Origin: an uncultured Alphaproteobacteria bacterium
Lineage (GTDB): Bacteria > Pseudomonadota > Alphaproteobacteria > Rs-D84
NCBI GenBank assembly: GCA_944392815.1
Contig: CALXXY010000003.1
Location: forward strand, 20,096 to 84,095
DNA length: 64,000 nucleotides
Reading direction: 5' to 3'
In this document: positions 30,014-40,186 of the stretch, piece after piece
How the letters are laid out: each line of letters opens with the position of its first letter
Position numbering within the stretch: position 1 is the first letter of the stretch
The notes under the pieces: model-generated
Databases searched by the model: none
Told to the model about the DNA's origin: nothing
Seen by the model: only the letters and a program-made list of their open reading frames with translations
Translations under genes and position numbers: made by a program

Positions 30014-30035
30014 TATTTATTCCCCCATATTAAAA

Positions 30036-30413
30036 TTATTCCCGAAACGGCGCGGCCACACTTTCTGGAATCCGCTTTGGTTGCATATCGGCCCCTATAT
30101 ACGCCGCTGTCCCAGACAGTATAGCACAAATTTCACCATCTTTCACGAATTTTTGTTCAACCGACATAGACGCCGCGCCAAATTTAGTCACAGTTGTTTC
30201 AACAACAAACTCGTCGCCCAAAAACAACGGCCGCACATAACGAATGCTTAAATCGCGGATAACAAACCCCACATCGCCATCTGGGAATTTTATACCACGT
30301 AAAATATTCATACGTGCGCGTTCTGCGATTTCGATATATCGTCCATGATACGCGATACCACCCGCATCAGTATCTGCATACGCAATCGCAAAAGGAAAAG
30401 TATACGTTTTCAT
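30036..30413 (-). CDS. ybgC: Tol-Pal associated acyl-CoA thioesterase (4HBT fold)
   Basis: YADTDAGGIAYHGRYIEIAERAR hot-dog thioesterase motif. Position is upstream of tolQ. Confidence 0.75.
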   Translation of the reverse strand: MKTYTFPFAIAYADTDAGGIAYHGRYIEIAERARMNILRGIKFPDGDVGFVIRDLSIRYVRPLFLGDEFVVETTVTKFGAASMSVEQKFVKDGEICAILSGTAAYIGADMQPKRIPESVAAPFRE

Positions 30414-30446
30414 TTTTTATTTCCCCACAATTAAAAAAACATGAAA

Positions 30447-31445
30447 TTATTTGACCAAACCCAAATGTGCATAGCCCGCATCAGTCACTACGCGTCCACG
30501 CGGTGTACGCTGGATAAATCCCAATTGCATTAAATATGGTTCGATAACGTCCTCGATAGTATCGGCGGGCTCGGACAATGCCGCCGCCAGATTTTCAATC
30601 CCAACCGGTCCACCGGCATAGTGCCGCACAATCGCATTCATGTATTCACGGTCCATTTCGTCCAAACCACTGGCGTCAATATGCAATTGCACCAACGTTG
30701 TATTAATCGTATCGGCGGAAATCACATCACGCCCCAGGGCGGTGGCGAAATCACGTGCACGCTTTAATAATCTATTGGCAATACGTGGCGTGCCACGCGC
30801 ACTGCGTGCCAGCATATTGGCGCCATCTGCATCAATTGGCGTTCCCAAAATATTCGCACTGCGCATGATAATTTTTGCCAAATCATCGGGCGAATAAAAC
30901 GACAAACGTAAATCTATGCCAAATCGGTCGCGCAACGGATTAGATAATAACCCAGTCCGCGTGGTTGCCCCCACCAACGTAAACGGGGGCAGGTCAATCC
31001 GCACACTTTTGGCAGACGGCCCTTCGCCCAGCATGATATCCAGTTTAAAATCTTCCATCGCGGAATACAAAACTTCTTCGATTGCAGTTGGCAAACGGTG
31101 AATTTCATCGATAAACAACACGTCCATCGGTTCCAGCGACGTCAGTATCGCCGCCAAATCACCCTGTTTGGTTAACATAGGCGCGGCAGTCGCCCTGAAA
31201 TTGGTTCCCAATTCATTCGCGACAATATGCGCCAACGTTGTTTTTCCCAACCCCGGCGGCCCATACAGCAAAACATGATCCATGGCCTCGCCCCGGGATT
31301 TCGCGCCCGAAATGAACACAGACAAATTCTGTTTCAACGCATCATGCCCGATAAAATCAGACAACGTACGTGGCCGAATTGTTGCAGCCATATCGTCCGG
31401 GATATTTGGATCCAAAAAACGTTCAGTATTATTTTGCATATCCAT
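30447..31445 (-). CDS. ruvB: Holliday junction branch migration helicase RuvB
   Basis: Walker [12 protein letters not shown], Walker [10 protein letters not shown], and the RuvB-type sensor region. Confidence 0.95.
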   Translation of the reverse strand: MDMQNNTERFLDPNIPDDMAATIRPRTLSDFIGHDALKQNLSVFISGAKSRGEAMDHVLLYGPPGLGKTTLAHIVANELGTNFRATAAPMLTKQGDLAAILTSLEPMDVLFIDEIHRLPTAIEEVLYSAMEDFKLDIMLGEGPSAKSVRIDLPPFTLVGATTRTGLLSNPLRDRFGIDLRLSFYSPDDLAKIIMRSANILGTPIDADGANMLARSARGTPRIANRLLKRARDFATALGRDVISADTINTTLVQLHIDASGLDEMDREYMNAIVRHYAGGPVGIENLAAALSEPADTIEDVIEPYLMQLGFIQRTPRGRVVTDAGYAHLGLVK

Positions 31446-31452
31446 TTATTAA

Positions 31453-32199
31453 TTATAACAATTTGTCATCTGCATTTTCACGCCCGACATACGCCTTTAA
31501 ATCATTATACATCTGGCGCAGGTCAGCAGGTTGCGCATAATGTTCATCTGCATTTTTAACCCGAATAGTTTCCAAATCAATTTGCGCCTGTTTTTTCAAA
31601 ACCTGGGTCAGATGCGTTGCAAACGCTTTTGCTTCATCAGATTCATTTGCGCCCTGCAACAACAACCCACGATTTGGACGTGGCGATAAAAATGCAAAAT
31701 CGGCAATCGTCGGATCAGGCGACACCAACGCAAACCCAGAAACCTCGGGCCGGCGCATCATCGCCTGCAACACGTACCACGCCCCCAATTGATTCCCAGC
31801 CAACCATATACGATCGCTGTCTTCATTTTTATTTTGAATCCAATCAATTACCGTCGCGATATCCAGCATATTTTCAGCCGTGGTTCCGATTGCGCCCTCG
31901 GAATTATTCACACCCCGATAATTAAAACGAACAACAGAAAACCCGATGTCCATAAACGCACGAAACATCGCATACGACACGCGGTCATTCATATGACACT
32001 TTTGCCGCGGATTCCCAGCCAGCACCACCGCCAACGGGGCGGCCGGCGTATCAGATTTATGATACACCGCGTGTAATTTGCCGGCTTCGCCTGAAATCAT
32101 TAAATCAACCATAATTACGCCTTTCTTGGAATTTATATTCTGATAATACTTATAGAACAATCCAAACACAATTTTCAACAGAAATTTTTGCTTTGACAC
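31453..32199 (-). CDS. Alpha/beta-hydrolase fold protein
   Basis: Nucleophile elbow-like AGNQLGAW and overall length. Start probably at the internal MVDLMISGE. Confidence 0.55.
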   Translation of the reverse strand: MSKQKFLLKIVFGLFYKYYQNINSKKGVIMVDLMISGEAGKLHAVYHKSDTPAAPLAVVLAGNPRQKCHMNDRVSYAMFRAFMDIGFSVVRFNYRGVNNSEGAIGTTAENMLDIATVIDWIQNKNEDSDRIWLAGNQLGAWYVLQAMMRRPEVSGFALVSPDPTIADFAFLSPRPNRGLLLQGANESDEAKAFATHLTQVLKKQAQIDLETIRVKNADEHYAQPADLRQMYNDLKAYVGRENADDKLL

Positions 32200-32249
32200 A
32201 ATGCCTGCGAATGTTTTAAGATTTATCAGAGAGAAAAAAGGCGTTGACT

Positions 32250-33173
32250 ATGGCAAGATTTATTTTAACAACGGTTTTTGCCGGACTGGTTGCGTTTTCG
32301 GCGTACGCCGCAACCCAGGATATTGTTTACGATAATTTCCAAACAATATATACGGAAACACCTGTTCAATCGTATTACGCGTATCCAGACGATCCGAATT
32401 TTATTCCGGAAACTGAATTCATGAACCGCGCCGACAGTTTGGATTACGATTTGAATATAGAGGCCGCCCGCCAAAGCGAATCCATGGCACACCCGGGTGT
32501 TATGTTTGCCGATCGTCCGATGGTTATATGCCGCAATTTTGGTTGTACACGCCTGAACGACCGCATAACGCGCACATTTTTATTCAACAGTTTGGCAAAT
32601 ATGTTCATGATGAACACGCATTCGCGCCTGTATATATGCGAGGCCGACCCGTTTTCACGTGACTGCCTGCAATCCGGCATTTCATTCCCAGTTCGCAGTG
32701 GTATTGCCAACGCATTGGTCAAAATACCCAAGGCCACAATTTCCCAGGTCAACATTTCAACCGGCCTGTCACGCGCCACGGTCAGCATGACATACGAATT
32801 TCTGGTCAACGGCATTGCCCGCACATGCGAACCAACCATTATGGACATCGTAATCCCCGTCAATTCCCAGGCCACATTATCCAATCGCGAATTCGCATGC
32901 AATATGACCAGTGACGGATTAAGCAACGTATCACTGCTGGTAAATATCGATTACATAGATTTGGATTACGGCATTTTGGGCGGTTATTATTCATTGGGCA
33001 TGCAGGGTCCAACCACGGGCGGCGGCACAGGTTATGCACTGTTCAAAACAGAATTCACCACTGGCGGCATGCAATTCCGCGCAGCCGTCACAGGCGAAGA
33101 AGACATTGCCGGCACAAATTCTGCCATGACTATCCAGCCCGGCGAATATGCAGTGGAACCATTGAAAAAATAA
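32250..33173 (+). CDS. Secreted hypothetical protein
   Basis: Signal peptide MARFILTTVFAGLVAFSAYA. No recognisable domain. Confidence 0.45.
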   Translation: MARFILTTVFAGLVAFSAYAATQDIVYDNFQTIYTETPVQSYYAYPDDPNFIPETEFMNRADSLDYDLNIEAARQSESMAHPGVMFADRPMVICRNFGCTRLNDRITRTFLFNSLANMFMMNTHSRLYICEADPFSRDCLQSGISFPVRSGIANALVKIPKATISQVNISTGLSRATVSMTYEFLVNGIARTCEPTIMDIVIPVNSQATLSNREFACNMTSDGLSNVSLLVNIDYIDLDYGILGGYYSLGMQGPTTGGGTGYALFKTEFTTGGMQFRAAVTGEEDIAGTNSAMTIQPGEYAVEPLKK

Positions 33174-33198
33174 ATTTGTGTTCCATATTAGTTCTGTA

Positions 33199-33867
33199 AT
33201 GAATAAAACAGTTTTAATTATTGACGACGATGATATGTTGCGCAAAACGCTGGCCAGTGGTTTGCGCGACAATTCTTTTGACGTATTAACCGCCAACAGC
33301 GCGGAAACAGGCGCAGAAATTTTGTCACGTGTATCCGTGGACGCCATTATATTGGACAGAATGCTGGGCGGTACAGACGGATTGACCATGTTGCACGAAA
33401 TGCGCGCACGCGGCGTCACAATTCCTGTTATAATGCTGACGGCCATGGGCGGGGCGGAAAATACAATCGACGGCCTGGCGGGCGGGGCAAATGACTATCT
33501 GGCAAAACCGTTTCAATTGCGCGAATTGGTGCTGCGACTGAACAATATTATTCGCGCCACCCCAACGGGCACAGCCACCAAATTACCAGACGGCCTGGTA
33601 TTTACAGACGACGAGTTTTTTATCACAGACGCACATAATCCGGGCACCGCGCCACGAATATTGCCATTATCGGGCGAAGAAAAAAAATTATTGCGTAATT
33701 TAATCACGCCCATCGGAAATGTGGTACCCGCGTCACCAATGGTTGCAAAACGCTTGCGCAGCAAATTAAATGTAGTATTATCTGATACAGATATCGTCAC
33801 AATCCGCGGCCGTGGGTATAAATTAATACACATGGCGACGGGCAAAAACAACGGTGAACAGGAATGA
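33199..33867 (+). CDS. OmpR-family two-component response regulator
   Basis: Receiver domain (LIIDDDDMLRK ... DAIILDRMLGGTDG ... LTAMG ... KPF) and a winged-helix C-terminus (TIRGRGYKL). Confidence 0.85.
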   Translation: MNKTVLIIDDDDMLRKTLASGLRDNSFDVLTANSAETGAEILSRVSVDAIILDRMLGGTDGLTMLHEMRARGVTIPVIMLTAMGGAENTIDGLAGGANDYLAKPFQLRELVLRLNNIIRATPTGTATKLPDGLVFTDDEFFITDAHNPGTAPRILPLSGEEKKLLRNLITPIGNVVPASPMVAKRLRSKLNVVLSDTDIVTIRGRGYKLIHMATGKNNGEQE

Positions 33868-35144
33868 GATTAATACCACGCAGCTTTTTATGGCGCACCA
33901 TTTTGATGATTTTAATACCCCTGATTATCGCCCAGGTTATCATTGCCAACGTATTTTTCGGCAATCACTGGACGCGCGTGCATGCAACATTGGCACGCAG
34001 TTTGGCGGTCGATATCGTCACAATGATGAATTTTATGGACGACGGCAACGCTGACGCCGCCCGCACCATGGCACGTGATACGGGGATAAACGTTTCAATT
34101 AATACAAAATTAAATCGCCCCAGTCATAACGACAACACCTCGCGCGAGGCAGGCCTGTTGGCCAGCGAACTGTCCACACGCCTGAAACGCCCGGCACAAA
34201 TTTATATTGATAAAGCCAAACGTTTGGTATTCATTGACGTACCAACAAACGATGGAAAAATCGCCACGTTTGGAACATCGCTGTACCGGATATATTCCAC
34301 CAGTACCGAAGTATTTATAATCTGGCTGATTGGGTCGATATTAATTGTATCAATATTAATAACGCCATTTATTATCATGCACACGCGGTCTATCCGCCGC
34401 ATAGCGCGCGCCGCCGGCCGTTTTGGTCGTGGATTGGACGCGCCTGGTTTCCAACCAACTGGTTCCAAAGAAATCCGCGAGGCCGCCGCCGCAATGATTA
34501 CAATGAAAGAACGTCTGAACAGATACAATCGCACCCGCAGCGACATGTTAAACGCGGTCAGCCACGATTTAAAAACCCCGCTGGCACGCATGCGCCTGGC
34601 GGTGGAAACAGATTCGGCATCAAAAGAAAATCTGTTGCAGGACATTGACCGCATGACCGAAATGGTTAACGGATATCTGGCGTTTGCGCGCGGCGAAATG
34701 CCGGAAATCGAACAAACAACGGAATTGCCGGCTATGTTGCTGCGCACTGCGCGCGACGCGGCCCCGGATAAAAATATTCAAACGGATTTCCCGGACGAAC
34801 CGGCACAATTCTATGCACGCCCAATGGCACTGGCACGCGCATTCAGCAACATTATTGAAAACGCGGCCAGATATGCAAAAAAAACGATTCGCATCACAGA
34901 ACACGATTCCGCGGATCAAATAGAAATTATTATCGAAGATGACGGTCCCGGTATCCCAGACGACAAAAAACGTGACGCTTTGCGCCCATTTGTGCGCCTG
35001 GACGAATCGCGCAGTGATAAAACTGGCGGCACAGGGTTGGGGCTGTCTATTGCCCAAACAGCCATTGAAAATCATGGCGGGCAAATGTTTTTGGAAAACA
35101 GCGATTTGGGCGGTCTGCGCGTGCGCGTTGTATTACCAATATAA
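33864..35144 (+). CDS. Sensor histidine kinase (2 TM, HisKA + HATPase_c)
   Basis: H-box SHDLKTPLARMRL; N, G1 and G2 boxes (DDGPGIPDD, GGTGLGLSI). Overlaps the regulator gene by 4 nt. Confidence 0.85.
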   Translation: MRLIPRSFLWRTILMILIPLIIAQVIIANVFFGNHWTRVHATLARSLAVDIVTMMNFMDDGNADAARTMARDTGINVSINTKLNRPSHNDNTSREAGLLASELSTRLKRPAQIYIDKAKRLVFIDVPTNDGKIATFGTSLYRIYSTSTEVFIIWLIGSILIVSILITPFIIMHTRSIRRIARAAGRFGRGLDAPGFQPTGSKEIREAAAAMITMKERLNRYNRTRSDMLNAVSHDLKTPLARMRLAVETDSASKENLLQDIDRMTEMVNGYLAFARGEMPEIEQTTELPAMLLRTARDAAPDKNIQTDFPDEPAQFYARPMALARAFSNIIENAARYAKKTIRITEHDSADQIEIIIEDDGPGIPDDKKRDALRPFVRLDESRSDKTGGTGLGLSIAQTAIENHGGQMFLENSDLGGLRVRVVLPI

Positions 35145-35163
35145 AATCATACGGATATAAAAA

Positions 35164-36873
35164 ATGAACTTGTATAAATACGTATCAGAATCAATAAACG
35201 ATAAATTGGGATTCCCCGCCAATTTGGAAACGCCACGCAATCGTGACTTTGGCGATTTTGCAACGAATGCCGCGATGGTCATGGCGAAAACTGCGGGCAA
35301 AAATCCGCGGGAATTGGCAAATGAAATTTTGCCAAAACTGCGTGAATTGGATTTTGTGGCGGACGTATCGGTCGCCGGCCCCGGGTTCATTAACATTAAA
35401 CTGCGTGACGATTTCATATGGCGCGCCGCAGCCGAACCACACAATATACAAACTGACAAGCCATTAGTAATTGATATGGATTATGGGTCATATAACGTTG
35501 CAAAATCATTACATATTGGTCATTTGCGCACATCCATTGTTGGCGACACACTAAACAGAATTGCAAAATACATTGGCCATAAAACAATATCTTATAATCA
35601 CATGGGCGATTGGGGGCGTTCAATGGGATTGGTCATTGCGTGGATAAAGCGTAATCACCCCGATTGGCCATTCTTTCAGCCCAATTTTGACCCAGACGCA
35701 GATTACAGTAAATACGCCATGTCCGCCGAAGAACTTGACACATATTATCCAGCCGCCGCTGCATTGGCCAAATCTGATGATGCATTTATGGAAGATGCGC
35801 GTCAAATTACCGCGGAATTACAACGCGGTCATCCTGGATATAACACATTGTATAATGTATTTTTACCCATAGCGACCAATTCCATGATGGAAACAGTAAA
35901 AAAATTAAATATCATGCCATTTGACCGAAATCTTGGCGAACGCAATGCGGCCAAATATATTGAACCGGTTGAAAAAATGCTGCGTGAAAAAAATTTATTG
36001 GTCAAATCGGACGGGGCTGAGGTAATTATTGTCAAAAAAGACACTGATACCGCCCCAATGCCGCCAATGATGTTTTATAACTCGCGCGGGGCTGTGCCAT
36101 ATGACGCCACAGATATTATGGCATTGTACTATCGTAAAATAACTGATAACCCGAACAAGATTATATATCTGACTGATGTGCGCCAAAAATTACATTTTGA
36201 ACAACTGTTTCGTGTTGCAGAATTAACAGGTTTGTTCCCAGCCGCCGATTTAGAACATATTGGCTATGGCACAATTAACGGCGCAGATGGGAAACCATTT
36301 AAAACCCGCGATGGCAATGCGGCTGGATTAAACGACATAATCGAAATGATAACCAATGCTGTCCAAAAACGTGTAAGTGACAGCGGAAAAAAACTGCCGC
36401 CCGAAACTGTGGACGAAATTGCACTGGCGGCATTAAAATTTAATGATTTGATGCACGATTTACGTTCTGACTATGTTTTCGAACCGGAATCGGTCACCAG
36501 TTTCGAGGGTCGTACCGGCCCATATATTCTGTACACGGCGGTGCGTCTGAACAGCGTTTTAAAACGGGCAGGGGAATTCCCAGCCGCACCGGCCACAGAT
36601 TTAACAACCGATGAACGTAATTTGTTAATCGAAACGCTGGATTTTGAACGCACGGTACAAAGCGCATTTGACAATCGCGCGACCGACATGATTGCAAATT
36701 ACGCGTACGATTTATGTCAATTGGCGAACGCATTTTACCACAATTGCCCAATTTTACGCGACGACGTGGACGCACGCACCCGCGCACGCCGCCTGGGGAT
36801 TACAAAAATTGCACGCGACACATTGGCCACCGCAATAGATTTGATGGGATTAAAAATCCCGAATGAAATGTAA
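35164..36873 (+). CDS. argS: Arginyl-tRNA synthetase
   Basis: HIGH motif (HIGHLRTSIVGD) and class I ArgRS domain order. Confidence 0.95.
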   Translation: MNLYKYVSESINDKLGFPANLETPRNRDFGDFATNAAMVMAKTAGKNPRELANEILPKLRELDFVADVSVAGPGFINIKLRDDFIWRAAAEPHNIQTDKPLVIDMDYGSYNVAKSLHIGHLRTSIVGDTLNRIAKYIGHKTISYNHMGDWGRSMGLVIAWIKRNHPDWPFFQPNFDPDADYSKYAMSAEELDTYYPAAAALAKSDDAFMEDARQITAELQRGHPGYNTLYNVFLPIATNSMMETVKKLNIMPFDRNLGERNAAKYIEPVEKMLREKNLLVKSDGAEVIIVKKDTDTAPMPPMMFYNSRGAVPYDATDIMALYYRKITDNPNKIIYLTDVRQKLHFEQLFRVAELTGLFPAADLEHIGYGTINGADGKPFKTRDGNAAGLNDIIEMITNAVQKRVSDSGKKLPPETVDEIALAALKFNDLMHDLRSDYVFEPESVTSFEGRTGPYILYTAVRLNSVLKRAGEFPAAPATDLTTDERNLLIETLDFERTVQSAFDNRATDMIANYAYDLCQLANAFYHNCPILRDDVDARTRARRLGITKIARDTLATAIDLMGLKIPNEM

Positions 36874-36964
36874 ATGTGAAAAACAACTATTGCATAATAT
36901 TGTAATTTCAGGTATAATTGCACAGACAAGATCGTAACAAGTCAATTGCCACAGGGGGGACGGA

Positions 36965-37189
36965 ATGTCGCATTGGGTAAAAACAATTGTTGCCACATTC
37001 GCTATTTTTCAACTGACGCCATTATTTGCGGCAGAAACGCAGCAAATTGCATCGGTTTCATATGTTAACAAAATAACAGATGAATTGGATACCAAGGTTG
37101 ATATGGGATCAGCCCAAACAATATCCGGGGAAAAAACTTTTTCAGCCAGTCCGTTGGTTCCAACTCCACCATTACCACAGGATTTATAG
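36965..37189 (+). CDS. Small secreted hypothetical protein
   Basis: Signal-like N-terminus MSHWVKTIVATFAIFQLTPLFAA. Stop abuts the next gene start. Confidence 0.35.
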   Translation: MSHWVKTIVATFAIFQLTPLFAAETQQIASVSYVNKITDELDTKVDMGSAQTISGEKTFSASPLVPTPPLPQDL

Positions 37190-38994
37190 TGTTCAAAAAA
37201 ATCTGTGCCGCCATACTTGCAATATTTTTAATACTGCCAAATGTTGCAATCTCGGCGGAAATGGTAAATGTTGAATACGTTCACAATATCCTGCGTTGGC
37301 GCTGGGGAATTGATTTACCATATAATACAAACCTGACAAATCCTCATGTCGCTGCAAATATGAAATATTTGTTAACGGTTGTTGATATTGCAAACAAGCG
37401 ACTGAATGGTAAACAAACAACAGATTATGGCAACAGCGACTACGCCACACTGGCGGCGGCGGACACAGTTGCCACGAACACAGCGATTGACACATTGGTT
37501 CGTGGGCCTGGATTTTATTTGACGACCACTCCAGATACGACGAATTTTTCAATTACTATTACCGCCGCTGGAACTTTTGCAATTGATTGGGGTGACGGGG
37601 AACGCGAATCCATTGTCGATAAACCAGTTGCCGCAACAACATACTCTCACACATTTAAAACCCCGCAATCACACACAATTCGCATAACTGGCACCGCCAC
37701 AGATTACAGCGATGCCAACAACGTCAAAACATTATCTTTTAATAACAACACTGCTATTGCCAGAATTAATGGCAACCTGGGTTCTATATTTCCAACACTA
37801 TCGGACGGGACAAATCCGCGTTTTACCGAATTGTTTAACGACGCGACCAATTTGACGGGCGAAATTCCATCAGATTTATTCGACGGCATTACCGGTGCAG
37901 CAACGACATATATGTTCGGCAGCTTGTTTCGCAATTGCTCGAAATTAACGGGCGAAATTCCCGCCGATTTGTTTGCGGGCATCACAGGCCCATTGGCCCA
38001 AGGTACATTCGAAGCATCTTTTTATAGTTGCAGTGGACTGTCCGGCAGTATTCCTGGCGAATTATTTTCACGCATAACCAGCGACACACATGAAGTTTTA
38101 TTTAATCAAACCTTTCGCGGTTGCACTGGATTATCTGGTTCAATTCCCGGTGATTTATTCCAGGGTATCCGTGGCACGCCACGACGTGCAATGTTTTTTG
38201 CCGCATTCCGTAACTGCAGCAACATAACGGGTTCAATCCCAGGCGAATTATTTGCCGGCATCCAGGGCGCGCCAGCAACTTCTGTATTTGCCGAAACATT
38301 TGCATACACGGGACTAACTGGTTCTATTCCCGGCGAACTGTTCTCGGGCATCCAGGGAGCACCAGCCCATCAATTATTCAGCTATACATTTGCTGGTAAT
38401 CGCAGATTAACCGGTCAAATTCCAGGTGAATTATTTGCAGGCCTCCAGGGTGCACCAGCCCCATATGTATTCTCGAATACTTTTGTTCAATGCAGCGGCC
38501 TTGATAATCATATCCCAGCCGACCTGTTTGCGGGCATTCGTGGACAACCAGCCGAAGGAATGTTTGAGAGAACATTCAATGATGCCGGTGTAAGTTCAAT
38601 ACCCGATGGCTTGTTTGCTGACATCCAGGGTGAACCCGCGAACTTTATGTTTGAATCAACTTTTAACTGGAACCCAAGGTTAAACACAATTCCAGATGGT
38701 TTATTTGCTGGAATTTCTGGATCTCCGGCAACAAACATGTTTAGCAATACGTTTAATTATACGAGTATAACAAATATCCCAGACAATTTGTTCGGCACAT
38801 TCACAGATAACCCAGCGAATGGTATGTTTACCAGCACATTCGCCAATTGTCAAAACCTGACGGGACCATCTGCCAAAAATGGCGACGGCCGCTATCTGTA
38901 CGAGGTATTCACAAACATCACATCTGATATGAACACATACGCAAATTCACCAAATTTGTCGGATTACGACCAAATTCCAAACAACTGGAAATAA
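37189..38994 (+). CDS. Secreted protein with about 13 tandem 31-aa LRR-like repeats (C.SxLTGxIPxxLFxGIxGxPA)
   Basis: Signal peptide MFKKICAAILAIFLILPNVAISA. Repeats are evident at both protein and DNA level (they produce spurious minus-strand ORFs). Confidence 0.6.
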   Translation: MFKKICAAILAIFLILPNVAISAEMVNVEYVHNILRWRWGIDLPYNTNLTNPHVAANMKYLLTVVDIANKRLNGKQTTDYGNSDYATLAAADTVATNTAIDTLVRGPGFYLTTTPDTTNFSITITAAGTFAIDWGDGERESIVDKPVAATTYSHTFKTPQSHTIRITGTATDYSDANNVKTLSFNNNTAIARINGNLGSIFPTLSDGTNPRFTELFNDATNLTGEIPSDLFDGITGAATTYMFGSLFRNCSKLTGEIPADLFAGITGPLAQGTFEASFYSCSGLSGSIPGELFSRITSDTHEVLFNQTFRGCTGLSGSIPGDLFQGIRGTPRRAMFFAAFRNCSNITGSIPGELFAGIQGAPATSVFAETFAYTGLTGSIPGELFSGIQGAPAHQLFSYTFAGNRRLTGQIPGELFAGLQGAPAPYVFSNTFVQCSGLDNHIPADLFAGIRGQPAEGMFERTFNDAGVSSIPDGLFADIQGEPANFMFESTFNWNPRLNTIPDGLFAGISGSPATNMFSNTFNYTSITNIPDNLFGTFTDNPANGMFTSTFANCQNLTGPSAKNGDGRYLYEVFTNITSDMNTYANSPNLSDYDQIPNNWK

Positions 38995-39088
38995 TTACGG
39001 TATAATTATACCACACACATTTTACTTGACTTTTCTGGTGGGTTGGGGCATAATAGCCCCGCTAAATTCAATAAAAAGGTAAAAAACT

Positions 39089-39562
39089 ATGGCAGCAACA
39101 AAATCGTTAAAACGTTGTGAATTGGACGCCAAATGGTATCTGATTGACGCAACCGATTGCACGCTGGGGCGTTTGGCGGCATACACCGCGAACATTCTGC
39201 GTGGTAAAACCAAGCCGACATGGACACCCAACATGGATTGTGGCGATCATGTTATCATTATCAATGCGGACAAAGTTGCCCTGTCTGGGAAAAAGGCCGA
39301 AAAAACAAAATTCTTTTGGCATTCCCTGTGGACCGGCAGCACCAAGGAACGCACCCTGGGCCAGATGCGCAGCGAAAAACCAGAAAAATTGGTATACAAC
39401 GCTGTAAAGCGCATGATGGGCCGTCGCACAGCCGTTGCATTGGCGAACAAACGTTTGACCAAACTGCACGTATATGCTGGTGCGGAACACAAACATGCCG
39501 CGCAAAACCCAATTGTTATCAATTTTGCCGAATTGAATCGTAAAAATAAAAGGGGCGAATAA
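39089..39562 (+). CDS. rplM: 50S ribosomal protein L13
   Basis: Typical L13 sequence (WYLIDA...LGRLA...ILRGK). Confidence 0.95.
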   Translation: MAATKSLKRCELDAKWYLIDATDCTLGRLAAYTANILRGKTKPTWTPNMDCGDHVIIINADKVALSGKKAEKTKFFWHSLWTGSTKERTLGQMRSEKPEKLVYNAVKRMMGRRTAVALANKRLTKLHVYAGAEHKHAAQNPIVINFAELNRKNKRGE

Positions 39563-40062
39563 TGACAGAAGCAAAAAAAACTGCGACCAAGGCAGCAACA
39601 AAAACTACCAAGAAAGCCGCCCCGGTCAAAGCGACAGCCGCCGCAAAAAAAACAGCCGTGGCCGACGTTAAATTAACAAACGCGACATACGCCACCGGCA
39701 AACGCAAGGATTCTGTCGCACGTGTATACCTGATTCCGGGCAAGGGTCAGATTATCGTCAACAACATTCCGATGACAGAATATTTCCGTCGTCCTGTGTT
39801 GCAAATGATTATCGCCCAGCCATTCGGCATCACAAAACGCGAAACGGCATACGACGTACACGCCATTGTTATGGGTGGCGGTCTGTCGGGCCAGGCGGGC
39901 GCCGTTAAACACGGTATTTCCAAAGCATTGGAAAAAATCGAACCAGATTTGCGTAAAACACTGAAATCCGCAGGTTTCCTGACCCGCGACAGCCGTGTTG
40001 TTGAACGTAAACACTTTGGTCGTCACAAAGCGCGTCGTTCCACACAGTTCAGCAAACGTTAA
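39562..40062 (+). CDS. rpsI: 30S ribosomal protein S9 with Lys/Ala-rich N-terminal extension
   Basis: C-terminal RRSTQFSKR and [10 protein letters not shown] core. Confidence 0.9.
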   Translation: MTEAKKTATKAATKTTKKAAPVKATAAAKKTAVADVKLTNATYATGKRKDSVARVYLIPGKGQIIVNNIPMTEYFRRPVLQMIIAQPFGITKRETAYDVHAIVMGGGLSGQAGAVKHGISKALEKIEPDLRKTLKSAGFLTRDSRVVERKHFGRHKARRSTQFSKR

Positions 40063-40079
40063 TCTGTGTATTTATACAA

Positions 40080-40107
40080 AATCCGCCGTTTGGCGGATTT
40101 TTTTGTT
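40080..40107 (+). terminator. Terminator after rpsI
   Basis: aatccgccgtttggcggatttttttg. Confidence 0.7.
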
Positions 40108-40186
40108 ATATTAAAAAAGTGTATTGCGTTTATAAAAAAACTGTGTATAATCATTCGGCAATTCATTATTTAATGGGGAAAATACT

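Noticed and set aside
37193-38747. Several 80-120-aa minus-strand ORFs inside the LRR-like gene
   Set aside because: They are generated by the internal DNA repeats and share a repeated MPANKSAGI/PANKPSGIE peptide because of that, so they are not independent genes.
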